In this document: one piece after another, positions 31,835-42,596 of the stretch
Layout of the letters: each line of letters starts with the position of its first letter
Numbering within the stretch: position 1 is the stretch's first letter
Assembly: GCF_017348835.2 (NCBI RefSeq)
Contig: NZ_CP071375.1
Source of the DNA: Escherichia coli
GTDB lineage: Bacteria; Pseudomonadota; Gammaproteobacteria; Enterobacterales; Enterobacteriaceae
Strand: one strand, 5' to 3'
Length of the DNA: 64,000 nt
Program-made: the position numbers and the translations under genes
The notes under the pieces: generated by a model
Databases searched by the model: none
What the model was told of the DNA's origin: nothing
The model's input: only the letters and a program-made list of their open reading frames with translations

Positions 31835-32944
31835 TCACTTGGCTGCCGTGGATGAACCGTCGGCGTGCCACTGGAAGACACCAAAATCAAATCCCTTAAG
31901 ATCGCCTTTTTCATCCCAGTTCAGCGGCCCAATCACGGTGTTTGCACCGTTAGCTTTTAAATCTTTCACCAGCGCCAGCGGCTCATCGCTGCCGGTACGC
32001 TCAAGGGCAGTTGCCAGAGATTGCACCGCCGCGTAGGTGATCCAGACATAAGGCCCGGACGGATCTTTCTTGTCTGCTTTCAGCGCATCAACGATGCCCT
32101 GGTTTGCCGGATCCTGGTCATAGCGTTTTGGCATAGTGACCAACATGCCTTCGGCGGCATCACCGGCAATGTTCGACAACGACGCATTACCCACACCTTC
32201 CGGCCCCATAAACTGGGTTTTCAGGCCAACGGAACGGGCCTGGCGCAGCATCTGCCCCATTTCCGGGTAGTAACCGCCGTAGTAAACGAAGTCGATGTTT
32301 TCTTTTTTCAGGCGGGCGATCAGCGCGGAGAAATCTTTCTCCCCGGCGGTAATACCGTCGAAGAAGACGACGTTGGCGTTAGCCGCTTTCAGCCCGTCCT
32401 GCACCGAACGCGCCAGCCCTTCGCCATACTGTTGTTTGTCGTGAATGATGGCGATGCGCTGAGGCTTCACCGTCTCAAGAATGTATTTTGCCGCCGTTGG
32501 CCCCTGGGAAGAGTCCAGCCCGGCAGTACGCATAATGTGTTGATAACCGCGTTGGGTCAGCTCCGGGTTGGTCGCTCCCGGCGAGATCATCAGAATACCT
32601 TCGTCTTCATAGATATCTGACGCAGGCTGGGTAGAAGAAGAACACAGATGACCAATAACGTATTTAATGCCGTCATTAACGATTTTGTTGGCGACCGCAA
32701 CGGCTTGTTTCGGGTCGCAGGCGTCGTCATATTCCACGCCAACCAGCTTATCGCCTTTAATTCCCCCTTTGGCATTAATGTCTTTAATCGCCTGACGCGC
32801 GCCGTTAAATTCCATATCGCCCCACTGGGCAATCGGGCCGGACATCGCGCCGACAACGGCAACTTTAATATCGTCGGCTAAAGCGGTGTGTGAAATTGCC
32901 AGTGCAATCATCCCTGCGATGATAGTTTTCGCATTCCGTTTCAT
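31835..32944 (-). CDS. livK: Leucine-specific periplasmic binding protein LivK
   Basis: Track ORF to 32998; conserved start [23 protein letters not shown] (signal peptide) at 32944. Confidence 0.9.
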   Translation of the reverse strand: MKRNAKTIIAGMIALAISHTALADDIKVAVVGAMSGPIAQWGDMEFNGARQAIKDINAKGGIKGDKLVGVEYDDACDPKQAVAVANKIVNDGIKYVIGHLCSSSTQPASDIYEDEGILMISPGATNPELTQRGYQHIMRTAGLDSSQGPTAAKYILETVKPQRIAIIHDKQQYGEGLARSVQDGLKAANANVVFFDGITAGEKDFSALIARLKKENIDFVYYGGYYPEMGQMLRQARSVGLKTQFMGPEGVGNASLSNIAGDAAEGMLVTMPKRYDQDPANQGIVDALKADKKDPSGPYVWITYAAVQSLATALERTGSDEPLALVKDLKANGANTVIGPLNWDEKGDLKGFDFGVFQWHADGSSTAAK

Positions 32945-33367
32945 AGTCAAAAATCCCCATTCGTGATGTTGTGTTGCTTTGTTTTTATGTGTTAACAAAT
33001 CAGACTGTTCTTTTTTTATACTGCACTGTTTTTGCCTGTCTGATTAAGGGTTTAGCGCAGTATTTTGTGATAATAGCGATTAAAGTCCCTATTTTTCAGT
33101 CGATTAAGAACAGATAATATTCTGAATTTATTGATAGATAAACAGAAAAAAGTGCCTTTGTCAGCATAAAATAACGGCACAAAGGGCGGAATAATTCACT
33201 ACCATTCAGGGGATTATGCTGGGTATTTTTCATTCTCTAATGTTTTAACTTTGTAATTATTGCTGTTAAAAAATTAATCACCTGCCAAAAGAAATAAAAA
33301 AGAGAAAGCCTCCGATTAAATTATTTCGCTACACTGGTTCCACTTTTGTGATTTACACGGGTTACCC

Positions 33368-33751
33368 ATGAAGCTGACCATCATTCGATTAGAAAAATTT
33401 AGCGACCAGGACCGGATTGACCTGCAAAAGATCTGGCCGGAGTATTCCCCTTCCTCTTTACAGGTTGACGATAACCACCGCATCTACGCCGCACGTTTCA
33501 ACGAGCGCCTGCTTGCTGCTGTACGCGTAACCTTGAGCGGCACCGGGGGGGCACTGGATTCTCTGCGCGTGCGGGAAGTCACCCGACGTCGCGGCGTGGG
33601 GCAATATCTGCTGGAAGAGGTGTTAAGTGATAATGCCAGCGTTTCATCCTGGTGGATGGCGGATGCAGGCGTAGAAGATCGCGGTGTGATGACGGCGTTT
33701 ATGCAGGCACTGGGATTTACGGCACAGCAGGGCGGCTGGGAGAAGCGTTAA
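33368..33751 (+). CDS. panM: PanD maturation factor PanM/PanZ (GNAT-like)
   Basis: 127 aa MKLTIIRLEKFSDQDRIDLQKIWPEY... Confidence 0.88.
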   Translation: MKLTIIRLEKFSDQDRIDLQKIWPEYSPSSLQVDDNHRIYAARFNERLLAAVRVTLSGTGGALDSLRVREVTRRRGVGQYLLEEVLSDNASVSSWWMADAGVEDRGVMTAFMQALGFTAQQGGWEKR

Positions 33752-34275
33752 TCGCTCTGTGTAAAAAGCAGTTCAATGGATTTGGTTGGGAAAAATAACG
33801 CATTTTCGTTTTCCCCGACTAAAGGGATAAAGCCCAGCGATTTATAAAACGTATGGGCTTTTTCATTCAGCGCCTCGACAAAAAGACCGTGAATACCTAC
33901 CGCTAAAGAGGCTGACCAGACGACTTTCATGGCATGAGCAACCAGTGTTGCTCCCCATCCCTGCCCCTGTAATGAACGATCAATTGCCAGACGCCCAAGA
34001 GTGACGCTGGGAATATTTTTGTAGGGAATTTTTTTCTGTTTCGATTTCGAGGGCAATGCGGCTCGTTCAAAACAACTGCCGGATAATGTGTAATATCCCA
34101 GCACCTGACGTTCTGGAGTGTTGCGACAAAGGATATACGCTCGCAGAATTTTGTTGCGATGTTGACGAACGAGATGTGTCGTCAGAAAGAGATTTAACGC
34201 TTCCTCGCCGCAGTCGAATCGCTGTAGATCATAATCTGCATCATCGGTCAGAATCTCTATCGTCAGATCATCCAT
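33748..34275 (-). CDS. ataT: GNAT-family acetyltransferase toxin (AtaT/ItaT/TacT-like tRNA-acetylating toxin)
   Basis: 175 aa MDDLTIEILTDDADYDLQRFDCGEEALNLFL...; lies directly downstream of a DUF1778 antitoxin gene; 4-bp convergent overlap with panM. Confidence 0.7.
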   Translation of the reverse strand: MDDLTIEILTDDADYDLQRFDCGEEALNLFLTTHLVRQHRNKILRAYILCRNTPERQVLGYYTLSGSCFERAALPSKSKQKKIPYKNIPSVTLGRLAIDRSLQGQGWGATLVAHAMKVVWSASLAVGIHGLFVEALNEKAHTFYKSLGFIPLVGENENALFFPTKSIELLFTQSD

Positions 34276-34281
34276 AAATTA

Positions 34282-34548
34282 TTACATTCCCTGAAGACGT
34301 TTTGCCGCACGTTTTAGCTTTTCACCTGGTGACGGTGGATTACTCAGCGCATCCATCACCCGCATCCAGGATTCCTCATTGAGGATCACCCGCCGATGTT
34401 GTTCAATCACTTCCGCAGCCCGCTGCGAAGCGCTGTTCAACATAAATTGGCTGACGGACTGATTAGATATCGCTGCCGCTTCCTCAATCATACTTTTGTC
34501 ATCGTCAGTTAAACGCAGATCGATACGCTGCTTTTTAACAGCAGACAT
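34282..34548 (-). CDS. ataR: DUF1778 (RHH) antitoxin of GNAT toxin (AtaR-like)
   Basis: 88 aa MSAVKKQRIDLRLTDDDKSMIEEAAAISNQSVSQFMLNSA...; ribbon-helix-helix N-terminus; AGGAG SD. Confidence 0.7.
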   Translation of the reverse strand: MSAVKKQRIDLRLTDDDKSMIEEAAAISNQSVSQFMLNSASQRAAEVIEQHRRVILNEESWMRVMDALSNPPSPGEKLKRAAKRLQGM

Positions 34549-34563
34549 GTGAACTCTCCTGCT

Positions 34564-34594
34564 CCGTATAATATGTACGGCATATCACCGTACA
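34564..34594 (-). promoter_or_regulatory. Putative ataRT promoter/operator: interlocking inverted repeats CCGTA..TACGG..CCGTAC
   Basis: ccgtataatatgtacgg and gtacggcatatcaccgtac overlapping a TATAAT-like -10 immediately upstream of the antitoxin start. Confidence 0.45.
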
Positions 34595-34645
34595 ATAAGC
34601 ATATCCTGGATTGTTTAATCTTTCTACAACCATTTCGACAAACAC

Positions 34646-34678
34646 AAAAAAACCCGATGGACGTTAAGCGCACCGGGC
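34646..34678 (-). terminator. Intrinsic terminator of livJ
   Basis: Minus-strand RNA hairpin CCCGGUG...CAUCGGG followed by U7, 20 nt after the livJ stop. Confidence 0.7.
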
Positions 34679-34697
34679 ATTTTCATTTATCTAACAA

Positions 34698-35801
34698 TTA
34701 CTTCGCATCGGTCGCCGTGCCGTTGGCGTGCCAGTCAAATACGCCGAACTCAAAGCCTTTCAGATCGCCTTTCTCATCCCAGGTCAGCGGTCCCATTACG
34801 GTATCCACGGAGTTCGCTTTCAGGTATTTGGCGATTTCAGCCGGATCGTCAGACTGATTCAGGCCCGCCTGCAAAGATTGCAGCGCGGCGTAGGTGGTCC
34901 AGACGAATGCGCCGCTTGGGTCCTGTTTTTTCGCTTTGATCGCATCAACAATGGGTTTGTTCGCCGGAACCTGATCGTAGTTCTTCGGCTTGGTCACCAG
35001 CAGCCCTTCCGCTGATTCGCCCGCAATGTTAGACAGCGAAACGTTAGCCACACCTTCCGGCCCCATAAACTGAGTTTTCAGCCCTGCCGCGCGTGCCTGA
35101 CGCAGGATTTGCCCCATTTCCGGGTGATAACCGCCGTAGTAAACGAAGTCGATATTCTCTTTTTTCAGACGCGCCACCAGCGTTGAGAAATCTTTTTCCC
35201 CGGCGGTGATACCATCAAAGAACACCACGTTAGCATTGCCTTTCTTCAGGCCGTCCTGCACCGCTCGCGCCAGACCTTCGCCGTATTGCTGTTTGTCGTG
35301 AACGATAGCAATACGCTGCGGTTTCACTTTCTCAAGAATATATTTCGCCGCCGTCGGCCCCTGGTCGGAGTCCAGGCCGGTGGTGCGCAGGATCAGCTGA
35401 TAGCCACGGGCGGTCAGCTCCGGCGCGGTTGCCGCTGGGGTGATCATTAAAATGCCTTCGTCTTCGTAGATGTCAGACGCAGGCTGCGTTGATGAAGAAC
35501 AGAGGTGACCAATCACGTATTTAATGCCGTCGTTAACGACTTTGTTCGCCACCGCAACCGCCTGTTTCGGGTCACAGGCATCGTCATATTTTACGATTTG
35601 CAGTTTGTTGCCTTTAATGCCGCCTTTAGCGTTGATATCCGCAACCGCCTGCTCTGCGCCGGTAAACTCCTGGTCACCGTACTGCGCAACCGGACCGGAC
35701 ATTGCGCCCACGACCGCGACTTTAATATCTTCTGCCAGAGCCATATTGCTGAATGCCAGCGCGATACATCCTGCCAGTAACGCTTTACCCTTTATGTTCA
35801 T
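34698..35801 (-). CDS. livJ: Leu/Ile/Val periplasmic binding protein LivJ
   Basis: Track ORF to 35858; conserved start [23 protein letters not shown] at 35801. Confidence 0.9.
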   Translation of the reverse strand: MNIKGKALLAGCIALAFSNMALAEDIKVAVVGAMSGPVAQYGDQEFTGAEQAVADINAKGGIKGNKLQIVKYDDACDPKQAVAVANKVVNDGIKYVIGHLCSSSTQPASDIYEDEGILMITPAATAPELTARGYQLILRTTGLDSDQGPTAAKYILEKVKPQRIAIVHDKQQYGEGLARAVQDGLKKGNANVVFFDGITAGEKDFSTLVARLKKENIDFVYYGGYHPEMGQILRQARAAGLKTQFMGPEGVANVSLSNIAGESAEGLLVTKPKNYDQVPANKPIVDAIKAKKQDPSGAFVWTTYAALQSLQAGLNQSDDPAEIAKYLKANSVDTVMGPLTWDEKGDLKGFEFGVFDWHANGTATDAK

Positions 35802-36018
35802 CCTGAGAATCCCCATTCTTCTGGTTATTACGTGTGTTGTGATGTTGTTGTTCAGCACTTTATTTCGTTTTATGCATGACTACCCGTGCTTTAGCAGCAT
35901 ACTCTGCTAAAACATACCCGATTTTTATGATATTGGAATAGCTATTTTGACAGTTTATTAACAATCTGCGTGGGGATTGGCGTTTTGCCGGAGGGGAAAT
36001 TGATTATTGTAGAGGCCC

Positions 36019-36050
36019 AAAAAACAAAAACCCCGGACTCGCATCCAGGG
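36019..36050 (-). terminator. Intrinsic terminator of rpoH
   Basis: Minus-strand hairpin CCCUGGAUGCGAGUCCGGGG followed by UUUUUGUUUUUU. Confidence 0.7.
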
Positions 36051-36071
36051 TTCTCTGCTTAATAGCGGAAA

Positions 36072-36926
36072 TTACGCTTCTATAGCAGCGCGCAGTTTTT
36101 TCATCGCGTTCTTTTCCAGCTGGCGTACACGTTCAGCGGAAACACCGTAACGGTCAGCCAGTTCCTGCAACGTGGACTTGTTGTCTTCGTCCAGCCAGCG
36201 CGCACGGATGATGTCCTGGCTGCGTTCGTCCAGACCCTGCATCGCGTCGGTCAGACGATTTGCTGCCTGCTCTTCCCAGTTATCATCTTCAATGCCGTCG
36301 GCAAAGTTAGATGATTTATCCTGCAGATAGAGCACCGGTGCCATCGGTTGGCTGTCGGAATCGTCGTCGGAAGACAGGTCAAAGGTCATGTCCTGTGCCG
36401 CCATACGTGATTCCATCTCACGTACGTCTTTGCTGGTTACGCCCAGTTCACGGGCCACCATTTCGACTTCATCCTGGTTAAACCAGCCCAGACGCTGCTT
36501 GGTTTTACGCAGGTTGAAGAACAGTTTGCGCTGCGCTTTGGTGGTCGCAACTTTGACGATACGCCAGTTACGCAGAACGTATTCGTGGATCTCTGCTTTG
36601 ATCCAGTGGACGGCGAAGGAGACCAGGCGCACACCCACTTCCGGGTTGAAACGGCGCACTGCTTTCATCAGGCCGATGTTACCTTCCTGAATCAAATCCG
36701 CCTGTGGCAGGCCATAGCCCGCATAATTACGAGCAATATGAACAACAAACCGCAGGTGAGACAGGATCAGCGTTTTAGCTGCTTCCAGATCGCCATGGTA
36801 ATGCAGCTTTTCAGCCAGCGCCCGCTCCTCGTCAGCCGACAACATCGGCCACGCGTTAGCTGCCCGGATGTAGGAATCCAGGTTGCCAACTGGGGCTAAA
36901 GCTAAACTTTGCATTTTGTCAGTCAT
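36072..36926 (-). CDS. rpoH: RNA polymerase heat-shock sigma factor sigma-32
   Basis: 284 aa [46 protein letters not shown]... Confidence 0.96.
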   Translation of the reverse strand: MTDKMQSLALAPVGNLDSYIRAANAWPMLSADEERALAEKLHYHGDLEAAKTLILSHLRFVVHIARNYAGYGLPQADLIQEGNIGLMKAVRRFNPEVGVRLVSFAVHWIKAEIHEYVLRNWRIVKVATTKAQRKLFFNLRKTKQRLGWFNQDEVEMVARELGVTSKDVREMESRMAAQDMTFDLSSDDDSDSQPMAPVLYLQDKSSNFADGIEDDNWEEQAANRLTDAMQGLDERSQDIIRARWLDEDNKSTLQELADRYGVSAERVRQLEKNAMKKLRAAIEA

Positions 36927-37170
36927 TCAAATCCTCTCAATCGATATCTTCTGGCGCTTCAGTGGTAGCAACAACTGTGCCAGAGCTTAAGAGCAACGAG
37001 GTTATCATTCACTGTTTTATCAGACCGTGATTTTATCCACAAGTTCAATGCAAGCTTGTGAATAAATTACGCACAAAATGTGACATAGAGATGAAATACC
37101 GGGAAGAGACAACGGGGTCTCTCTCCCTGCTACGGAACCCATTGCAGGGAAAGAGTATAACACGCTTTTA

Positions 37171-38229
37171 TTATTCAGGCGTAAAGTGGCGTAAATGTTG
37201 TACCGTGGCAAGCCACGCTGCCACCCAGCCAATCATCGAGCATACCAGCAGCAATAGCAGGCATTCATCGAACGATAAGCCATTGATATCAAACTTCGTT
37301 CCGAAAACCTGTGCCACTTCCGCAACCGCCGATGACAATCGCAGCACCAGAATTTCTGACAAAATTAATGACAACAATGCGCCAGAAAATCCCAGCAGTG
37401 CGCCACCGTACAGGAACGGGCGCAGGATGAAACCATCCGTCGCACCAATCAGTTTCTGCACGTTGATGGAGTCACGACGAGCAAAGATACTCAGGCGTAC
37501 ACTGTTACCGATGACGAGGAACACTGCCGCCACCATCAACACGCCGATCATCGCCGAAACGCGCCCGACCAGCCCGGTCAACGCCGCCAGACGGGCAAAC
37601 CAGCTGTCATCCATCCGCACTTCGTCAATGCCGTTAATCTGCGTGATACGATCACGCAGCGTATTGAGTGATTCCGTCCCCTGAAAATCGAGTTTCGGGA
37701 TCACCACCGCCACTGCCGGAAGCGGGTTTTCTTCCAGCATATCCAGCGCACCACCAAAACCAGACCAGTTACGGAACTCGCCCAGTGCGTCTTCACGAGA
37801 AAGATAGTTCACTTTCTCCACGCCTTGCTCGGCCTGCAACTGTGCCACCACGCCCGCAGCGGCGTCATCGTCCAGCGTTTTTTGCAGATAAACAGTGATT
37901 TGCGGCGACGGATAATACTGCGTCGCCGCCTGGTTAACGTTTTTGTACACCATATAACAGACGCTGGGCAGCGTCAGGGAGATGGCGATAACCATCACCG
38001 TTAAAAACGTGGCGAACGGTTTGCTTTTCAGATCCTGCAATGCGCCGTGGAAGGCATAGCGCACCTGTTCGTTGAAAACGTTGGTTTTGCGATTTACCGG
38101 TTTTGGCGAGGATTTCGCGCGTTTCGGTGCGTTACGACCGCCGTCGCCTGAGCCGCCGACCGATTTACGGAAGCGATCAAGACGCCCGCCAAACTGCCGA
38201 ATATGATTGATTGCATCGCGCTTATTCAT
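37171..38229 (-). CDS. ftsX: Cell division ABC-type permease-like protein FtsX
   Basis: Track ORF to 38256; conserved start [20 protein letters not shown] at 38229. Confidence 0.92.
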
Positions 38230-38890
38230 GGCCCACGCCTCCATGCAAGTGACCATCGCTCAGGGTGAGCATGCGATAGGAACGCCGTGAAATCAGGTTG
38301 ATGTCGTGCGTTGCCATCAATACGGTTACCCCAACGCGGTTAAACTCTTCAAACAGACGTAGAATCCCTTCCGACAACGCGTCGTCCAGGTTACCAGTCG
38401 GTTCGTCCGCCAGCAGTACCGCGGGCTTATTCACCACCGCGCGGGCAATGCCAACACGCTGTTGTTCACCGCCGGAAAGCTGAATAGGAAAGTTCTTCGC
38501 TTTGTCCAGTAGCCCGACTTTATCCAGCGCCGCCGACACCCGGCGACGAATATCGTCACCGCTGGCACCGGCGATAATCAGCGGGATCGCCACGTTATCG
38601 TAGACAGTACGGTCCATCAGTAGATGGTGATCCTGGAAAATCATGCCAATCTGGCGGCGCAGAAACGGAACTTCACGGTTTTTCAGACGCGTGATGTCAT
38701 GGCCGCTAAACCAGATTTTCCCGGCGCTGGGCCGCTCAATCCCACAGATCAGCTTCAGGAGGGTACTTTTCCCTGCGCCGGAATGACCGGTCAGAAACGC
38801 CATCTCACCCGGCTGCATATGGAACGTAACGCCCTGCAGCGCCTGTCTCCCACCGAGATAAGCCTTGCTGACATGTTCAAAGCGAATCAT
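38222..38890 (-). CDS. ftsE: Cell division ATPase FtsE
   Basis: 222 aa [23 protein letters not shown]..., Walker [10 protein letters not shown]. Confidence 0.95.
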
Positions 38891-38892
38891 TG

Positions 38893-40389
38893 TTAATCCT
38901 CTCGGGCAAAAAGTGCCTCTATAAAGTCGTCCGCCTTAAACGGACGCAAATCCTCAATACGTTCGCCGACACCAATGTAGCGGATAGGGATACCAAACTG
39001 GTCAGCCACCGAGAAAATTACCCCGCCTTTCGCCGTGCCGTCCAGTTTCGTTAGCGTGATGCCGGTTAAGCCAACAGCTTCGTGGAACAGTTTGGCCTGG
39101 CTTACCGCGTTCTGCCCGGTGCTGGCATCAATAGTCAGCATAACTTCATGCGGCGCTTCAACGTCGAGTTTCTTCATCACGCGGACGATTTTCTTCAACT
39201 CTTCCATCAGATGCGATTTGTTCTGCAGACGTCCGGCGGTATCGGCAATCAGGACGTCGATATTACGCGCTTTAGCTGCCTGAATGGCGTCGAAGATAAC
39301 AGAGGCGGAATCCGCACCGGTATGCTGGGCAATCACCGGAATATTGTTGCGCTGACCCCAGACCTGAAGCTGTTCAACCGCTGCTGCACGGAAAGTATCG
39401 CCCGCCGCCAGCATCACCGATTTACCCTGCTGCTCAAACTGACGCGCCAGCTTACCAATCGTCGTGGTTTTACCCACACCGTTGACGCCCACCATCAGGA
39501 TCACGAACGGCGTTTTACCTTCAACATTCAGCGGCTCATCGACTTTCGCCAGAATCTCGCCCATCTCTTCTTTCAGCAGGCCATAGAGCGCCTCGGCATC
39601 ACGAAGCTGCTTGCGGGATGCGCCTTCCGTCAGATTGGTGATAATTTTACGTGTGGTTTCCACGCCCACATCGGCGATCAACAGCTGTTCTTCCAGCTCT
39701 TCAAAAAGATCATCGTCGATTTTTTTACCGCGGAACAGGCTGATAAATCCGGAACCGAGATTTTCTTTGGTTTTTAACAGGCTGCGTTTCAGGCGCGCGA
39801 AAAAACCTTCTTTGGTTGGTTTTTCCTGCTCCTGAGCGATTTCTTCCACCGGCTGCTCTTCTTCTGCCGGAGGAACCACTATCACCGCTTCTTCTGCCGC
39901 TTCGGCAGCCAGCGCCTGTGCTTCCAGCTCTTCGTCGGTGATTTCTTCTTTAGCCGCTTCTTCTTCCGCCACTTCGACAATCTCTACGGTTTCCGCTTCA
40001 GCCTGCCACTCTTCTGGCGAAACCTCTTCGGCGTTGACGTCTTCCGGCAACGGCAGCTCTTCACGTTCGATAGCCACTGGCTCCGGCGTTTCTTCTACGA
40101 CCGGTTCCGGCTGTGCAACGACTTCCGCTTCAGGCTGCGCTTTTTCACTTTCAGCAACCTGTTCAGTGACTTCCACAACGTCGGCAGCAAAAGTTTCCGC
40201 CTCGGCTTCAGTATGCGCCTGCGGCTGCTCTTCAACGGCGTGTTCAGAAGCCTTCACAGGCTCTTGCGCCTGAACGATTTCTTCTACAACCGGTTGTTCA
40301 TTCTGAACTTCTGTCTCTTTTTCCGGGGTCTGCTCTTTTTGACCAAAGCCCAGCCAGGAAAAAAAGCCACGTTTTTTTTCTTTCGCCAT
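38893..40389 (-). CDS. ftsY: Signal recognition particle receptor FtsY
   Basis: 498 aa; acidic E/A/V-rich N-domain then SRP GTPase NG domain. Confidence 0.95.
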   Translation of the reverse strand: MAKEKKRGFFSWLGFGQKEQTPEKETEVQNEQPVVEEIVQAQEPVKASEHAVEEQPQAHTEAEAETFAADVVEVTEQVAESEKAQPEAEVVAQPEPVVEETPEPVAIEREELPLPEDVNAEEVSPEEWQAEAETVEIVEVAEEEAAKEEITDEELEAQALAAEAAEEAVIVVPPAEEEQPVEEIAQEQEKPTKEGFFARLKRSLLKTKENLGSGFISLFRGKKIDDDLFEELEEQLLIADVGVETTRKIITNLTEGASRKQLRDAEALYGLLKEEMGEILAKVDEPLNVEGKTPFVILMVGVNGVGKTTTIGKLARQFEQQGKSVMLAAGDTFRAAAVEQLQVWGQRNNIPVIAQHTGADSASVIFDAIQAAKARNIDVLIADTAGRLQNKSHLMEELKKIVRVMKKLDVEAPHEVMLTIDASTGQNAVSQAKLFHEAVGLTGITLTKLDGTAKGGVIFSVADQFGIPIRYIGVGERIEDLRPFKADDFIEALFARED

Positions 40390-40538
40390 TTGCGACTACA
40401 CTCCTCGCTGTTGCTTCATGGCACAGCGTTAACGCTATGTACATAGCAGCTAAAAAAATGATGAAATAGTCTATCACTTAACTTAATTCACATCACCGCC
40501 TGCAATTATGTGTTATCTGGCGGATTGAGCAATTTATC

Positions 40539-41135
40539 ATGAAAAAACCGAATCATTCCGGCAGCGGCCAAATCCGCATTATTGGCGGGCAGTGGCGAGG
40601 CCGTAAACTCCCGGTTCCTGATAGCCCAGGTCTGCGCCCCACCACCGACCGCGTACGCGAAACGTTATTTAACTGGCTGGCTCCGGTCATTGTTGACGCC
40701 CAATGTCTGGATTGCTTCGCCGGAAGCGGCGCGCTGGGGCTGGAAGCGTTATCACGCTACGCTGCGGGGGCCACGTTGATTGAGATGGATCGTGCAGTTT
40801 CTCAGCAGTTAATTAAGAATCTGGCGACACTAAAAGCAGGCAATGCACGCGTGGTGAACAGCAACGCGATGTCATTCCTGGCGCAAAAAGGCACACCGCA
40901 TAATATCGTTTTTGTCGATCCACCGTTCCGCCGTGGCTTGTTAGAAGAGACGATAAATTTACTGGAAGATAACGGCTGGCTGGCTGACGAAGCCCTGATT
41001 TATGTCGAAAGCGAAGTCGAAAACGGTCTGCCCACTGTTCCGGCAAACTGGTCATTGCATCGGGAAAAAGTGGCGGGTCAGGTGGCTTATCGGCTGTATC
41101 AACGCGAAGCACAAGGAGAAAGTGATGCTGATTAA
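40539..41135 (+). CDS. rsmD: 16S rRNA m2G966 methyltransferase RsmD
   Basis: 198 aa MKKPNHSGSGQIRIIGGQWRGRKLPVPDSPGLRPTTDRVRETLFNWL. Confidence 0.92.
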   Translation: MKKPNHSGSGQIRIIGGQWRGRKLPVPDSPGLRPTTDRVRETLFNWLAPVIVDAQCLDCFAGSGALGLEALSRYAAGATLIEMDRAVSQQLIKNLATLKAGNARVVNSNAMSFLAQKGTPHNIVFVDPPFRRGLLEETINLLEDNGWLADEALIYVESEVENGLPTVPANWSLHREKVAGQVAYRLYQREAQGESDAD

Positions 41136-41394
41136 TATTGGACGTTTGTTAATGCTCTGCGTTTGGGGATTTTTAATCCTCAACCTGGTGCATCCCTTCC
41201 CGCGCCCGCTGAATATTTTCGTTAACGTGGCGCTGATTTTTACCGTGCTGATGCATGGTATGCAGCTGGCGCTATTGAAATCCACTTTACCGAAAGATGG
41301 CCCGCAGATGACCACCGCCGAAAAGGTGCGAATTTTCCTTTTCGGCGTGTTTGAACTGCTGGTCTGGCAGAAGAAATTTAAAGTTAAAAAATAA
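41125..41394 (+). CDS. yhhL: DUF1145 small membrane protein YhhL
   Basis: Track ORF from 41002 is over-extended; conserved start MLINIGRLLMLCVWGFLILNL at ATG 41125, overlapping rsmD 3' end. Confidence 0.8.
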   Translation: MLINIGRLLMLCVWGFLILNLVHPFPRPLNIFVNVALIFTVLMHGMQLALLKSTLPKDGPQMTTAEKVRIFLFGVFELLVWQKKFKVKK

Positions 41395-41396
41395 CC

Positions 41397-41756
41397 TTAT
41401 TGTTCGCCAACAAAGCTAACAAAGCGCGTTCCTTTATAGCTCAGCGTACCTTTATCGCCCACTGTCAGGGCGTGGTACTGCTGGGCGTCGAGGCGAAACG
41501 TCTGCTCCATTCCTCCGCTTTGCGGTTTGAAGCTTGCCTCATAGCGCATACTGGTGCCTGCCGGAGTCACTTCCTGCTGGCGCGAACGGCGATCGTTAAT
41601 CGGTTTTTCCCGCTTGTTGCTCACCACCACCAGCTTTTGCTGGAGCGGTGCCATATCATTATCAGCTTTTTCCCGTCGCTGTTGCATAAAACGAAACGAT
41701 GCGGCGACGATAATTAAGCCAATGATAACAATAAAGAAAAGAGGTGGTTTGCTCAT
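41397..41756 (-). CDS. yhhM: DUF2500 protein YhhM
   Basis: 119 aa with N-terminal TM helix MSKPPLFFIVIIGLIIVAASF. Confidence 0.85.
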   Translation of the reverse strand: MSKPPLFFIVIIGLIIVAASFRFMQQRREKADNDMAPLQQKLVVVSNKREKPINDRRSRQQEVTPAGTSMRYEASFKPQSGGMEQTFRLDAQQYHALTVGDKGTLSYKGTRFVSFVGEQ

Positions 41757-41896
41757 CTTTATCCCTCATCGGAAAATGCGGAATTAAGCATACCCTGCCA
41801 GTTATGGTGTTGTCATCCGTCCACCCTCGCCACTAAACTGGAAGCAAGACCGTAGGCATTCCGCTTACGAAAAAATAACGAATTCAAGGAACTAAG

Positions 41897-42523
41897 ATGC
41901 TTTGGTCGTTTATCGCTGTCTGTCTTTCCGCATGGCTATCTGTGGATGCATCGTATCGTGGGCCAACCTGGCAACGCTGGGTGTTTAAACCGTTAACCCT
42001 TCTTCTCCTGTTGTTACTGGCCTGGCAAGCGCCGATGTTCGACGCCATTAGCTATCTGGTGCTGGCGGGGCTGTGCGCCTCACTGCTGGGCGATGCGCTA
42101 ACCCTGTTGCCACGTCAACGTCTGATGTACGCCATCGGCGCGTTTTTCCTCTCGCACCTGCTGTACACCATCTATTTCGCCAGTCAGATGACGCTCTCTT
42201 TCTTCTGGCCTCTGCCGTTGGTACTGCTGGTTCTGGGCGCGCTGTTACTGGCGATTATCTGGACGCGACTGGAAGAGTATCGTTGGCCTATCTGCACGTT
42301 TATCGGCATGACGCTGGTGATGGTGTGGCTGGCAGGTGAACTGTGGTTCTTCCGTCCGACCGCTCCGGCGCTCTCTGCGTTTGTCGGCGCTTCGTTGCTG
42401 TTTATCAGTAACTTTGTCTGGCTGGGTAGCCACTATCGCCGACGCTTCCGTGCGGATAACGCGATTGCTGCGGCCTGCTACTTTGCCGGTCACTTCCTCA
42501 TCGTCCGCTCGCTGTATCTCTGA
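41897..42523 (+). CDS. yhhN: Lysoplasmalogenase-family (YhhN) membrane protein
   Basis: 208 aa multi-TM ORF. Confidence 0.88.
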
Positions 42524-42529
42524 TAAAAC

Positions 42530-42561
42530 TTGACTCTGGAGTCGACTCCAGAGTGTATCCT
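42530..42561 (+). promoter_or_regulatory. zntA promoter with ZntR (MerR-type) operator: -35 TTGACT, 22-bp palindrome ACTCTGGAGTCGACTCCAGAGT, 20-bp spacer
   Basis: Perfect 22-bp palindrome at 42533..42554 between -35 and -10 elements with the long spacer typical of MerR-family promoters, 40 bp upstream of zntA. Confidence 0.8.
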
Positions 42562-42596
42562 TCGGTTAATGAGAAAAAACTTAACCGGAGGATGCC

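Noticed and set aside
39938-40273. 111-aa Ser/Thr/Ala-rich ORF
   Set aside because: Antisense to the acidic, repetitive N-domain of ftsY; composition is a mirror of that repeat, not a real gene.
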